DNA of 20,000 nucleotides from an uncultured virus (IMG/VR IMGVR_UViG_3300013901_000016) (Duplodnaviria > Heunggongvirae > Uroviricota > Caudoviricetes > Crassvirales), in the IMG/VR virus record IMGVR_UViG_3300013901_000016; one strand, written 5' to 3'. Positions 1 to 8,880 of this stretch are shown one piece after another. A program made the translations under genes and the position numbers. The notes under the pieces are model-generated. The model ran no database searches. It saw only the letters and a program-made list of their open reading frames with translations, and had not been told where the DNA came from. How positions within the stretch are numbered: the first letter of the stretch is position 1; every line of letters starts with the position of its first letter.

Positions 1-220
1 AACTAATAGTATTGTAGAGCTTAATTAAATCATTCCTACGCTTTTCGTTTTGTTCATACGATGTTCCATGAACAATATCTCCGTTAAACCTAACTTTTAC
101 AAATTTAGCAACAGCCTAATTAAGCCAAAACAATGATTCGTCGGTAGAAGGCTTTTGCACTGGGTCGTCGAATTTATTAATTTCCCTTTCAAGTCCAACC
201 AATATATCTATATATCTCAT
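1..220 (-). CDS. Putative neck/tail ring protein paralog (crAss gene 73/74-like), C-terminal part beyond window edge; TAG=Gln
   Basis: ATG at 220-218 overlaps the TGA of the upstream gene (ATGA). Reads MRYIDILVGLEREINKFDDPVQKPSTDESLFWLNQ(TAG)AVAKFVKVRFNG...YEQNEKRRNDL, sharing the 'L-[ND]-x-A...K...G...[FY]E...K...DL' N-terminal pattern with the 978-1694 protein. Function inferred from this pattern and position after the MCP. Confidence 0.7.
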
Positions 221-981
221 TGTTTATCCTCCTATTCTTGTCTTTGTTGTTGCTATTGTTGCTATTTATTTCCAAGCTGCAACCTGAACTTATACTAAGT
301 TATATACATATCTACTGCACCAGACACTATATCTTCAAAACAACTATAAGGAAGCTCGCAGTAACTATGAACTGCTCCAACAGACATGTCTTTATCATTA
401 AACTTCATTACATTAAATGCATATGGTGAACAATAATATGTAAGATTTATATTTGATATATGAGTGTACGTATCATGTATAAGCCTAATAGTGCTACTTT
501 GATTAGCCTAATCTAATATAACTAAAGGTTTCTGTAAAATTCCTTTCTAGTTATATGCTACATCTAAAAATCTAACAGCTATATCTTGTTTAATTGTAAC
601 ATTATCAAGATATAGTGGAGTTTCTAAAGTTTTATTACTTTTATAAGTTCTATCCACGACGCTATACGATGTAATGTACATAGAGTAGTCAGCTGGAAGT
701 ACAAACTCTAACTGGCAATTATCTATTTCATTTGAAGGCTTGATATCCTCATGTCTAATAAGCTTAGATAATATATCGTGGATTTTATTATCTTGCCTAG
801 TACCACTTTGTGTTTGACCTTCTGTTATATACAGAGTCTTGACGTACTAGGATTGATATTCACTTAAAAACGAATATATTGTATCCGTGTCTAGTTTTTC
901 CTATAAAGCAAATTGCGGATACATTTCTATTATTCTTCTTTCAAACTCTATACCAAGTTTTCTAGTTTGTTCTTGCGTCAT
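217..981 (-). CDS. Putative neck/tail ring protein paralog, 254 aa; TAG=Gln
   Basis: ATG 981-979 overlaps the upstream TGA (ATGA); open to TGA at 219-217 when TAG is read through. MTQEQTRKLGIEFERRIIE...KLDTDTIYSFL...LPADY...NLTYY...CELPYSCFEDIVSGAVDMY; C-terminal poly-Gln tail encoded by mixed CAA/TAG codons. Confidence 0.75.
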
Positions 982-1694
982 GATTCTAGTGGTCTAGTAT
1001 TTAATTTAGTAGATAATCTACTGGATTCTACAATCTCAGTAGACATTATAATCGCTAAGTTAACAAGCTCTTCAGCCATTGTGTCGTTTATTTCTAGTTC
1101 TGTATCCCCAAAATCAACAAGACTAGTTCCTTTTATAAATTTCGCTGGAGCCTTTATATATGTTAAATCTAGTAACATATCGCCTTCATTGCTTTTAACG
1201 TCATACGGATCAATTAAAACATGTATAACATTACTATCTATATAACATACAGGGTTTTTAACCCAAGGTAGATTAGTCGATGTAGATTTAAATTTATTAG
1301 CACTGTCATGCGATATAAGATCTACGTGTTGTATTATGTGCTTCTAATTATCAATTGAACTATTGTTGGCATTTAACGATATAATACTAGACACATAATA
1401 TAAATAATCCTATAAATTTATATTGTAAATATATTCATTTGTGACAGTACTGCTATGCTCCCCATGTAATGAGGCTCGTTTAATTAGCGGTCTTAAATCT
1501 TCAATTGCTTTAACATCAGATTCAAAAGCTGACCTTCGTTGGTTATTTCCTGTTAATTTTTGAGCTATTAAAGCTAAGTATGCTTTATCTAATATTGTAG
1601 CAATCTCATATTCAGTTAGCGACGGATATGACGAAGTTATATTTGCCTTGTCATATTCAATCATAAACTTAGTATAAATATCACTGTGCGTCAT
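978..1694 (-). CDS. Putative neck/tail ring protein (crAss gene 74-like), 238 aa; TAG=Gln
   Basis: Joins track ORFs 1410..1694 and 978..1178 in the same frame through two TAG codons; ends at TGA. Motifs: YDK...YPSLTEYEIATILDKA...FESDVKAIEDL...TYIKAPAKF...ELVNLAI...EIVESSR. Confidence 0.78.
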
Positions 1695-1709
1695 ACGTCG
1701 TTAGTTTTA

Positions 1710-2462
1710 TTATTTATTCTCAACCTGGTTCATGATTGAGATCTTTAAGTCTTGATTTTTCTTTGCGTCCAAATATGCAATACAGTCTTGTAATGAATCT
1801 GCAAGCATCTCTGAACCATAATAATATTGCGTCCTATCCTTGCGGATAACACCTTTAGCAATTGCACTCTCAATCAAGAACTCTGTTTCTTTTGTCTTAT
1901 TATTAACCCATTTATCGAAGAAGTTCTTAGGCTGTTTATCAACCAAGGAGAATAATGTAGACTCAACAAGTTCATTAGACATTGTATCAGCTGTAACGCC
2001 AAATAATCTAAGGCATTTACGCATCTCTTCAAGCGACAACTTACCAAACGCGATGATAGCGTCTCTACGAAGCTTGTTAATCTTATTCTTCTCAATAGCT
2101 TCAGCTTGACGATTGATTAACAAATAATCCTTGCCAGCATTAAGCTTGTCAAGTGATGTAGCTACTCTTTTATGCCCTTCAAGGAATTTAATAATCATAG
2201 CTTGACGAGGAAAAGAATCATCAAGGATAGTGCTTTTTGCTCCTACTTTAACACTAAATGTAAGCCAGAATGGTGAATTTTTAGAGAGATGGCCTTCTGG
2301 ATAGCCAAGCTCCTTTTCAAATTTCTTTTCATCCTCAGGTGTTAAACCTGTGTATATCGACCCGGATCTGGTATAATAAGGAGCAATGTAATCAAAACAA
2401 TGCTTATACTTCAATAATCCAGCCCAGGGATTTTTCTTTCTAATCTTTAATTCAACTACCAT
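1710..2462 (-). CDS. Conserved crAss-like protein immediately downstream of MCP (gene 75-like), 250 aa
   Basis: Complete ATG-to-TAA ORF with an AT-rich leader and no in-frame TAG; position directly after the MCP matches the crAss capsid module. Function not determined from sequence. Confidence 0.8.
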   Translation of the reverse strand: MVVELKIRKKNPWAGLLKYKHCFDYIAPYYTRSGSIYTGLTPEDEKKFEKELGYPEGHLSKNSPFWLTFSVKVGAKSTILDDSFPRQAMIIKFLEGHKRVATSLDKLNAGKDYLLINRQAEAIEKNKINKLRRDAIIAFGKLSLEEMRKCLRLFGVTADTMSNELVESTLFSLVDKQPKNFFDKWVNNKTKETEFLIESAIAKGVIRKDRTQYYYGSEMLADSLQDCIAYLDAKKNQDLKISIMNQVENK

Positions 2463-2477
2463 AATTTTTCAATTAGT

Positions 2478-2528
2478 TGTTGCAATGCCAATCTCCCGCC
2501 CACTAAGGACGGGGTTGAACATTGTAAA
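2478..2528 (-). other. Long intergenic RNA hairpin after the MCP stop (possible mRNA stabiliser, processing site or attenuator)
   Basis: Minus strand TTACAATGTTCAA-CCCCGTCC-TTAGT-GGGCGGG-AGA-TTGGCATTGCAA: GC-rich inner stem with an outer imperfect stem in an AT-rich spacer; no U-tract; followed by CAACTAATTGAAAAATT-ATG. Confidence 0.6.
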
Positions 2529-2543
2529 TTTTAATATATAATA

Positions 2544-3697
2544 TTAGAGTTCGGCTGCTCTGTTCTCAACTGCGATAGACTCCTGGTCTTCAGCGTCACA
2601 GTACAAGATACCGCAAGACAATGGGTTTCTCAACATGATACCCTCCTCGCCGAGGAAGTGTACCTGGTAACCATCGCGGCTATTAGAACGCATAGTATTG
2701 ATGTTATTTGCATAGCCATTAGGCAATACGGAACCACCAGTACACCACTGCACAAACTCACGACCCTTACGACATACCTTAACGATGTTAGCCTGACCAT
2801 CACGACGGCCAAGGTCAACGAACAAGAATGTGTAAGACATCAATGGTTTACCTGTCAATGGGTGAAGTTGACGGAACATTTCCATATTATCAAACATAGC
2901 ACAGCGTTTAACTGTCAACTCAATACCATTGGTCATCTGATATGTAGTAAACTGACCACCAAGGGTTAAGTTCTGACCAGAACCTGTAATAAAGTGTGTG
3001 TCAATCATGTTGAAGCTAGCCGCCTTCTCCTTGAGGATACGGTCGAACTCTCTAATACCCATCTCGCCAGTCAAAGCAACAAACTTACGCTCGTTAGTAC
3101 CGATGATATTGTAGCAGAGATCAAACAAGTAATCCTCGAACAACTCTGTAGTCAGCTTTGTGTAGTAACGTACGTTGGCTGGAGCAATTTGCTCGAACAA
3201 ACCTGCAGAGATTGGAACGAAACGACCATTAGTACCCTTCAAATTATAAGTACCATCTGCATTACGGTTAGAGTGAGCGAACAGCAACTGCTTCTCCTCT
3301 CTCTTCTTCCACTCGCGAAGAGCCTTCCAATACTGATAGTCAGACCACAAATAAGACTTCTTACCTGTCTCAGGATCAGTCAAAGCGATAGCCAATACTG
3401 TAGAGTAAGCATCACCAGTGATATCGTAAGTAAGACGCATAGTCATCAAGCTATTACGCATCTTAAATGGAGTCTGATAGTTGATGATATCTGCCTCATC
3501 ACTATACTCCTCGTATGCAGAACCGATACGGTCTACCTGACGGCCTGGGAGCAAATACTCACAAGGAATATAAGAACCCTGGAAGCCTTCTGCTACGTAG
3601 CACTCATATACCCATGTGCTACCATCCTGATATGGAGTACCATTTACACGTACCTGGAAGTTTACATTGTCAAATGCAAGGATTGCACCAGGTCCGA
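2544..3697 (-). CDS. Major capsid protein, exon 2 (spliced product about 510 aa)
   Basis: Splicing joins TGG-T to TC-GGA-CCT-GGT, giving ...LEEKWFGPGAILAFDN...; continues through SAYEEYSDEA, TGEMGIREFD and DGYQVHFLGEEGIMLRNPLSCG, typical of crAss HK97-fold MCPs; TAA at 2546-2544. Confidence 0.92.
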
Positions 3698-4567
3698 CAA
3701 ACCCGATAATTCGGTGCCGGTCGCTAATCGACACCCGCCAGCACCCTTGCGATGCCAGCTGCTTTACATCTCTGTAAAGTTTAGACTATATCTTCATCCA
3801 TTACTGGATGTTTCGCATTTCGCTTCGCTTGAAGCTACGCCACAATCGGCTAGTCGTTGAACCTTCAAGTATTCAGAATCAACTCTAAGACCTTTAAAGA
3901 AGCCATTTATAACATAAGCGCCAGTATTTTGATACTTTGCTAAAATTGTGTAAACATTTTTAACGGAACATTTAAATTGTTTTGCGACTTGTCTAATTCC
4001 AATTATTGTAAAATATTTTCCATTGTAAACATTTGTAAATGTGTACGCTTTGCATATTTTGTAAGTTCCATCAGATTTTCTATTTCTGAATTGATGGAGT
4101 CTTCCATTATCTAGAGAGTAATGTATGTTTTCATAATTTGTACACCACTCTAAATTATCTAGGCAATTATTGCTTCTGTTAAAGTCTTTGTGATTAACCT
4201 GTGGAAGATCATCTGGATTATCAATAAATGTTTCTGCTATTAAACGATGTACTCTATACTCATATCTTTTACCATCATTAAACAAACATACTCTTTCATA
4301 TCCATCCATAGACATACGTGGTTTTAAAAATTTATTTCTAAGTAAAGAATATATTCTTCCATCACTGTATGCCAAATATTTATCTTCCCAACCTTTTATG
4401 GGTTTTACTAATACTTGCTTGGCTGCTGATTGTCCATTTTTTATATTATTCATATATCTATAATTTTTAATTTAACTCTATGGTTTAAAATTCTTTAGGA
4501 GTTTCCAGCAATTAACGAAATTAATTATTCTAACAGTTGCCTGTTAGCGTGGCTCAGACTAGTGCTA
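3698..4567 (-). mobile_element. Group I self-splicing intron (IA2-like), 870 nt, in the MCP gene
   Basis: Minus strand has P element AATTGCTGGAAA (about 4502-4513), Q AATCAGCAGCC (about 4421-4431), R GTTCAACGACTA (3851-3862) and S AAGATATAGTCT (3783-3794). P1: exon GTGGT pairs with GCCAC, with a U.G pair at the splice site. P10: GTCTGA pairs with exon 2 TCGGAC. P2 CTAACAG-GCAA-CTGTTAG, P8 CATCCA-GTAA-TGGATG, P9 CTTTACA-GAGA-TGTAAAG; terminal G at 3698. Removal restores the MCP frame. Confidence 0.93.
3794..4453 (-). CDS. Intron-encoded NUMOD4-HNH homing endonuclease (I-HmuI-like), 219 aa
   Basis: KPIKGWEDKYLAYSDGRIYS (NUMOD4-like) and VHRLIAETFIDNPDDLPQVNHKDFNRSNNCLDNLEWCT..EN..H (HNH_3 motif); most of the ORF lies between intron elements Q and R; ends at TGA. 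Confidence 0.9.
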   Translation of the reverse strand: MNNIKNGQSAAKQVLVKPIKGWEDKYLAYSDGRIYSLLRNKFLKPRMSMDGYERVCLFNDGKRYEYRVHRLIAETFIDNPDDLPQVNHKDFNRSNNCLDNLEWCTNYENIHYSLDNGRLHQFRNRKSDGTYKICKAYTFTNVYNGKYFTIIGIRQVAKQFKCSVKNVYTILAKYQNTGAYVINGFFKGLRVDSEYLKVQRLADCGVASSEAKCETSSNG

Positions 4568-4946
4568 ACCACTTCTCTTCCAAGCCAAGATAAATAGGAG
4601 TCTGATTAATACCTGGAGTCAAACCATCCGTAATTGACTTAGGAGTGATCTCCTTGCCATTCCACTTAGCGTAACGGATATTAACAGCGTGGTCAGCATC
4701 AATCATTACAGACCACTCATACTCTCTGTTTTCGATAGTCATGGTTGAGCCAAGACCACCAGTAAGCAAGTCGATGGTAGTTGAAATACCATCATCCTTT
4801 GTACCAAAAACCAATGACAACAAGCCTGCTACCTCATGAGGCTTTGTAAGCATTGCGTTAGCAATCATGTTTTCATCTACCAAATCAGCAAATCGCTTAC
4901 CACGGTAGAGCTGAAGATTATTTAATAAAGAACTTGTATTATTCAT
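4568..4946 (-). CDS. Major capsid protein, exon 1
   Basis: MNNTSSLLNNLQLYRGKRFADLVDENMIANAMLTKPHEV...EYEWSVM...LGLEEKW; the unspliced frame runs 4 codons into the intron and stops at TGA 4556-4554. Confidence 0.9.
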
Positions 4947-4964
4947 AATAATTTAATTATCTCA

Positions 4965-6170
4965 TCATAGGTATTTTGACGCGATATCCCATGCTTGAGG
5001 TTGTTTTTCATGCCCAACATTATATGATGTATGATTTTTAGTTTGATGTTTGAGCATCTATCTAAGTTTACTTGCAGCAGATGTCTGACCATTGCGCTGT
5101 GCTTCACCCAGCAAAGCATCACCTTTCATTGTGAAGTAAGCGGACTCAAGAAGGTTGTTCACAAGGTTACCATTAAAATCTTTTTGATATTGTGTTAAAC
5201 CATCTGCATCAGTTCTAGTTATGTAATCATATAAGGCTTTTCTATCCTCCTTTGGAATAGCAATACCTCTGATATTTGTAAGACTATTAATACTTGTTGT
5301 AAGGTCATCCATGAACTGAGCAGCCTGTTGTTCTTGAGCTTGTCTTTGAGCCTCCTGTTGCTGAGCCAAGTACTCTTGCTGTTGCTATTCATACGCCTTA
5401 AGGTAATTTACAGCATCAGTTGCTTCATCTTCGAGCATGTCAGCATCTTCATAGCGCTCAATCTTGCGACTAATTTGTTCATCACTCATACCTTGCAATT
5501 TGTAATAGTCACGAACAACTGCTTTCTAATTAGATTCGTCTTCCATGTCAATATTATCAAGAGACATAGATTTCTGTTGAGTTTGATAGAAGTCTTCAAA
5601 TCTGCCACCATTCTTTACATACTAATCAAGCTTAGCAATTCTATCATCAGCATATTGTGGAGTAGAATTCTCGTCTACTACATCTTTAATGTAATCTACA
5701 AGATCTTCTACTGATTTAGGTTTCTCATCTTCATCAACAGACCAGCCATTTGCCTCAGCGAACGCGTCAAAGAAGGCTCCAATTTGTTCTGCCTCTCCAG
5801 GATCTACTATCTGGCTATTATCAGAATTATCAACGTTTATATCAATATCATCGTTGTCATCCTATTCGCTGTTACCAACGGTTGTTGTAGACGTATTGTT
5901 TAAAATATTATCTGGCACATCCGAATCGTCGTCGTGTGCGTGTGGATCGCCAGTTACATTCTTATTGTCTTTGTCTTTATCCTCAGTTGACTCGTCGTCA
6001 TCTGGATTATCTAAATTGTCAACATCATCATTAGGGTCATCTAATACCTGATCAATCACATCCTGATTGTCGATATTTGTTACGCTATCGCCACCTTCCT
6101 GGCTACCATATCCCAAAGAGGATAAAGCGTCTTCAAAATCACCTAATGGATTTTTCTTTCTTCTTGCCAT
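4965..6170 (-). CDS. Acidic, coiled-coil putative capsid scaffolding protein (crAss gene 77-like), 401 aa; TAG=Gln
   Basis: Joins track ORFs 5862..6170 and 5058..5369 in one frame through five TAG codons; ends at tandem TGA TGA. Asp-rich disordered N-terminus and Gln-rich helical region; directly upstream of the MCP. Confidence 0.8.
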
Positions 6171-6206
6171 AATTATAATATTATAACTAAGTTAATATTT
6201 TTAATT

Positions 6207-6242
6207 GTTGTACGCTACACGGGAATCGAACCCGTGTAATGT
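6207..6242 (-). other. tRNA minihelix-like hairpin with a canonical T-loop
   Basis: ACATTACACGGG-TTCGATT-CCCGTGTAGCGT-ACAAC: 12-position helix (one G.U, one mismatch) with a 7-nt TTCGATT loop, starting immediately after the TAA of the upstream gene. Confidence 0.65.
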
Positions 6243-7853
6243 TTAATGTTTCCAACTTGCTGCATTATGCGCAAAGTTTGCTTTCTTTCTCATAGCTGCG
6301 CTATACTTACTTGGATTCCTTAAAACCTTATTGGCGAAGCCTTGGACACTCATACCATGCTATTTAGCCGCTTTTGTAAATGTACCACGCTTAAATTTCT
6401 TTATATAAATATCTTTACCAGAATTAAATTTTCTTTTATTTGTTGGTATTTCGTTTCGCTTTACTATGCCAACATTTTCTCTAAACTGACTCTCTACCGG
6501 CGAAGCAGGATTGTATACAACATTCTTATAATGTCCATCAAATAGCTATTCTCTAGACTGCGCATTACTGAATGCGTCTAACAGATCTTCCGGAAGATCT
6601 TTTGAATTTAAAATATCAATGTCATGTACCTATGATGTGTATTTCGGCCTAAGAACATAATCCATAAACTAATAATCTTTTAGTCTCGGCCTACTACCTT
6701 TTGCAGCAGCTTCTAGTAAAGCCTATTCAAATTCACTACCATAATCTCTAGGTTTTTCTAAAAGAAATCTTCCGGTTTTTCTTGCATTGGCATTTTTCTA
6801 CATCAATTCAAATGCTTCCCGAAGTTTCTAATTAGTATTCTGATCAAATACCTAAATATTCTTTGTTGGAACTTTTATGTTTTCTCCAAACGTAAAAGTG
6901 TCAGAAGGTCTAGTGGATATAACATTTTTACCAAGTAAACTTTTACCAGGAAATCTAAGTATCGGTCTAGTACTCCAATCTCCTCCAGCATTTGGAAGAA
7001 CAGGATAATCTGTAGTAAAATTACTTATTAATGGGCTTGTATCACCAGATTCATAAGCAAACCTACTTTTTATTGGAGATACAGTTGTGTACTTCTAACT
7101 CATATCAGGTAAAACACTATATCTTCTATATAAGTCTGGAAACTATGCATCAAATCCGTATTTTAGTTTACCTCCAATGTATCTAAGATATTGGGCATTA
7201 GGATTGTCGCTAAAGTATATTTGTTTTGCGACATTTTTTATTTCTGGTAAAGCCTTTCCTGCTACTGGAACCATTCCAAGAACACCGTATGGATTCCCCT
7301 CTGACAATTCCTTTGCACCTCTTAATGCAAAATACATATCAGCAGCAGGCTATGTTGTTGGATGCAAAGCAAGTGCAGTCATTCCGCCATCTATCGCATC
7401 AGCTGCTTCTCCTTGCCAAGTTTTCTAATACTGAGCATTCTATATATCTTTCTTCGTCTAAAGATCAGACATGTATTTACTAAATGCAGCATCACCAAGA
7501 TATTCTCTAAGATCCCTAAGTTCACGGTTGCGTTCTGCTGCATCTACTTTAGAAAGATCACGCTAATTGATATTTACTGATGGTAACCGCCTATTAACAC
7601 GCTCTCCTGTTTTTAGTATATCTTCTCCTGTGTACGGATCGTGGCCAACAATATCTCTAAGATAAACCATTCTAGCATCATCTCCAGTATCAAACTTAGG
7701 CAGTTTTAACTTCTTTCTAAGCTATTTCTCAGCTATCTGCTGTTCTGCTTCAACCTATGCTTTTCTTCTACGCTTAATCTTACGAAAGAGCTTATGACGC
7801 TGATAGTCATTCTTCTTCTGCATCTTTCGCTTAGGACTTTCCATCTGTGTCAT
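6243..7853 (-). CDS. Putative internal virion (cargo) protein, 536 aa; TAG=Gln
   Basis: ATG 7853 lies 2 nt after the upstream TAA; continuous frame including track ORF 7143..7337 to TAA 6245-6243. Highly basic N-terminus (KRKMQKKNDYQRHKLFRKIKRRRK) and basic C-terminal module GKDIYIKKFKRGTFTKAAKQHGMSVQGFANKVL...KANFAHNAASWKH, which I recognise as recurrent in crAss-like phages. Confidence 0.75.
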
Positions 7854-7855
7854 AA

Positions 7856-8878
7856 TTATTTCAGTTTAAGATTGTTACCTCTTCTCCACCAGAACTTCTA
7901 GCCATAAGAGTCTTTACCAAAGTTATTCTAGGGGAGCAGATTAAGTATATTTGGCAACGTAGAAGTTGTTATAGCATCATACATTTTCTATTTCTAAGCA
8001 TCTATAGCTTGCTTCTATTGTGCTTTTATTTCCTCTTCGGAAGGGCCAAGTAAAGTAGTAGGAACATCTGCTCGTATTGTAGTAGGCTATTTAACAGAAG
8101 GACTATTTACAACTATTGGACTATAATTTTTAGCATCTTCATAATCCTATTCAAGATCAGCCATATTTACAGCATAATTATAAGCATTAGGGTTTGCTTT
8201 TTTGTGAGCATATGCCGCTTTAACTAAGCTATCCATATTTCTTAGATTTCTGGAATAATTTGCTAATGAATCTTGATAATAACCTTTCTACTTAAGAGCT
8301 TTAGCGTAATCTTGTGTAGACTTAGCTTTAAGTGCTGAACCGTATCTATTATGCATTAATCTAACATAATCCTTTACAAAATCTGCATCAGTTTTGTAGC
8401 TTGTATATGTTTTACCATTCCATCCAACACCTCCATAATTGTGCTGTTTCCTAGCAACATTAGACCTACCATAATTAGACTCATAAGCCAACTAGCGCAT
8501 CACATTATAATAGGCTGTATCTCCATAGCCATATCTTGTCAATTGTTGTCCTACAATAGGACCAAGCCTACGAACAAAAGAACCGATAGAGTCATTGCTA
8601 TCATTTTTACCTCCTTTAAATTTAGGTACCTCAAAATCTAGTGGGGCGTCGTATGGAATAGGCTTTGTTATTTCACTGGCAATGCCTACGTCTTTACCTG
8701 CGTCATAAGAATTAAGTATAGACTGAACCTCTGTATCAATCTACTGCTATTCTTCAGGTGTAGGTTCCTTAACCTAAGAGTCTCCTCCTAGGTTAATCCC
8801 ACGTATATCTTTCCAGTAATCAGCACCATTCTTCCATGCTTCATACTTCTCTTGAAACGCCTTGTTATCGTACTTCAT
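7856..8878 (-). CDS. Protein with a GH73/FlgJ-like (glucosaminidase/muramidase) peptidoglycan hydrolase domain, 340 aa; probably virion-associated; TAG=Gln
   Basis: ATG 8878 to TAA 7858-7856. Central QLAYESNYGRSNVARKQHNYGGV...Y...FVKDYVRLMHNRY...YAKALKQKGYYQDS..NY matches the lysozyme-fold GH73 pattern (catalytic ES, N-x-x-G, GY). Confidence 0.75.
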
Positions 8879-8880
8879 AA

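Noticed and set aside
3698..3734. Track start of the 396-aa ORF (MSISDRHRIIGFV) as an independent MCP gene
   Set aside because: These codons lie in the intron P9 region; the real N-terminus is exon 1 at 4946.
6173..6186. Perfect 14-bp palindrome TTATAATATTATAA just upstream of the scaffold start
   Set aside because: AT-only sequence in a very AT-rich leader, and I saw no second copy; cannot be supported as an operator.
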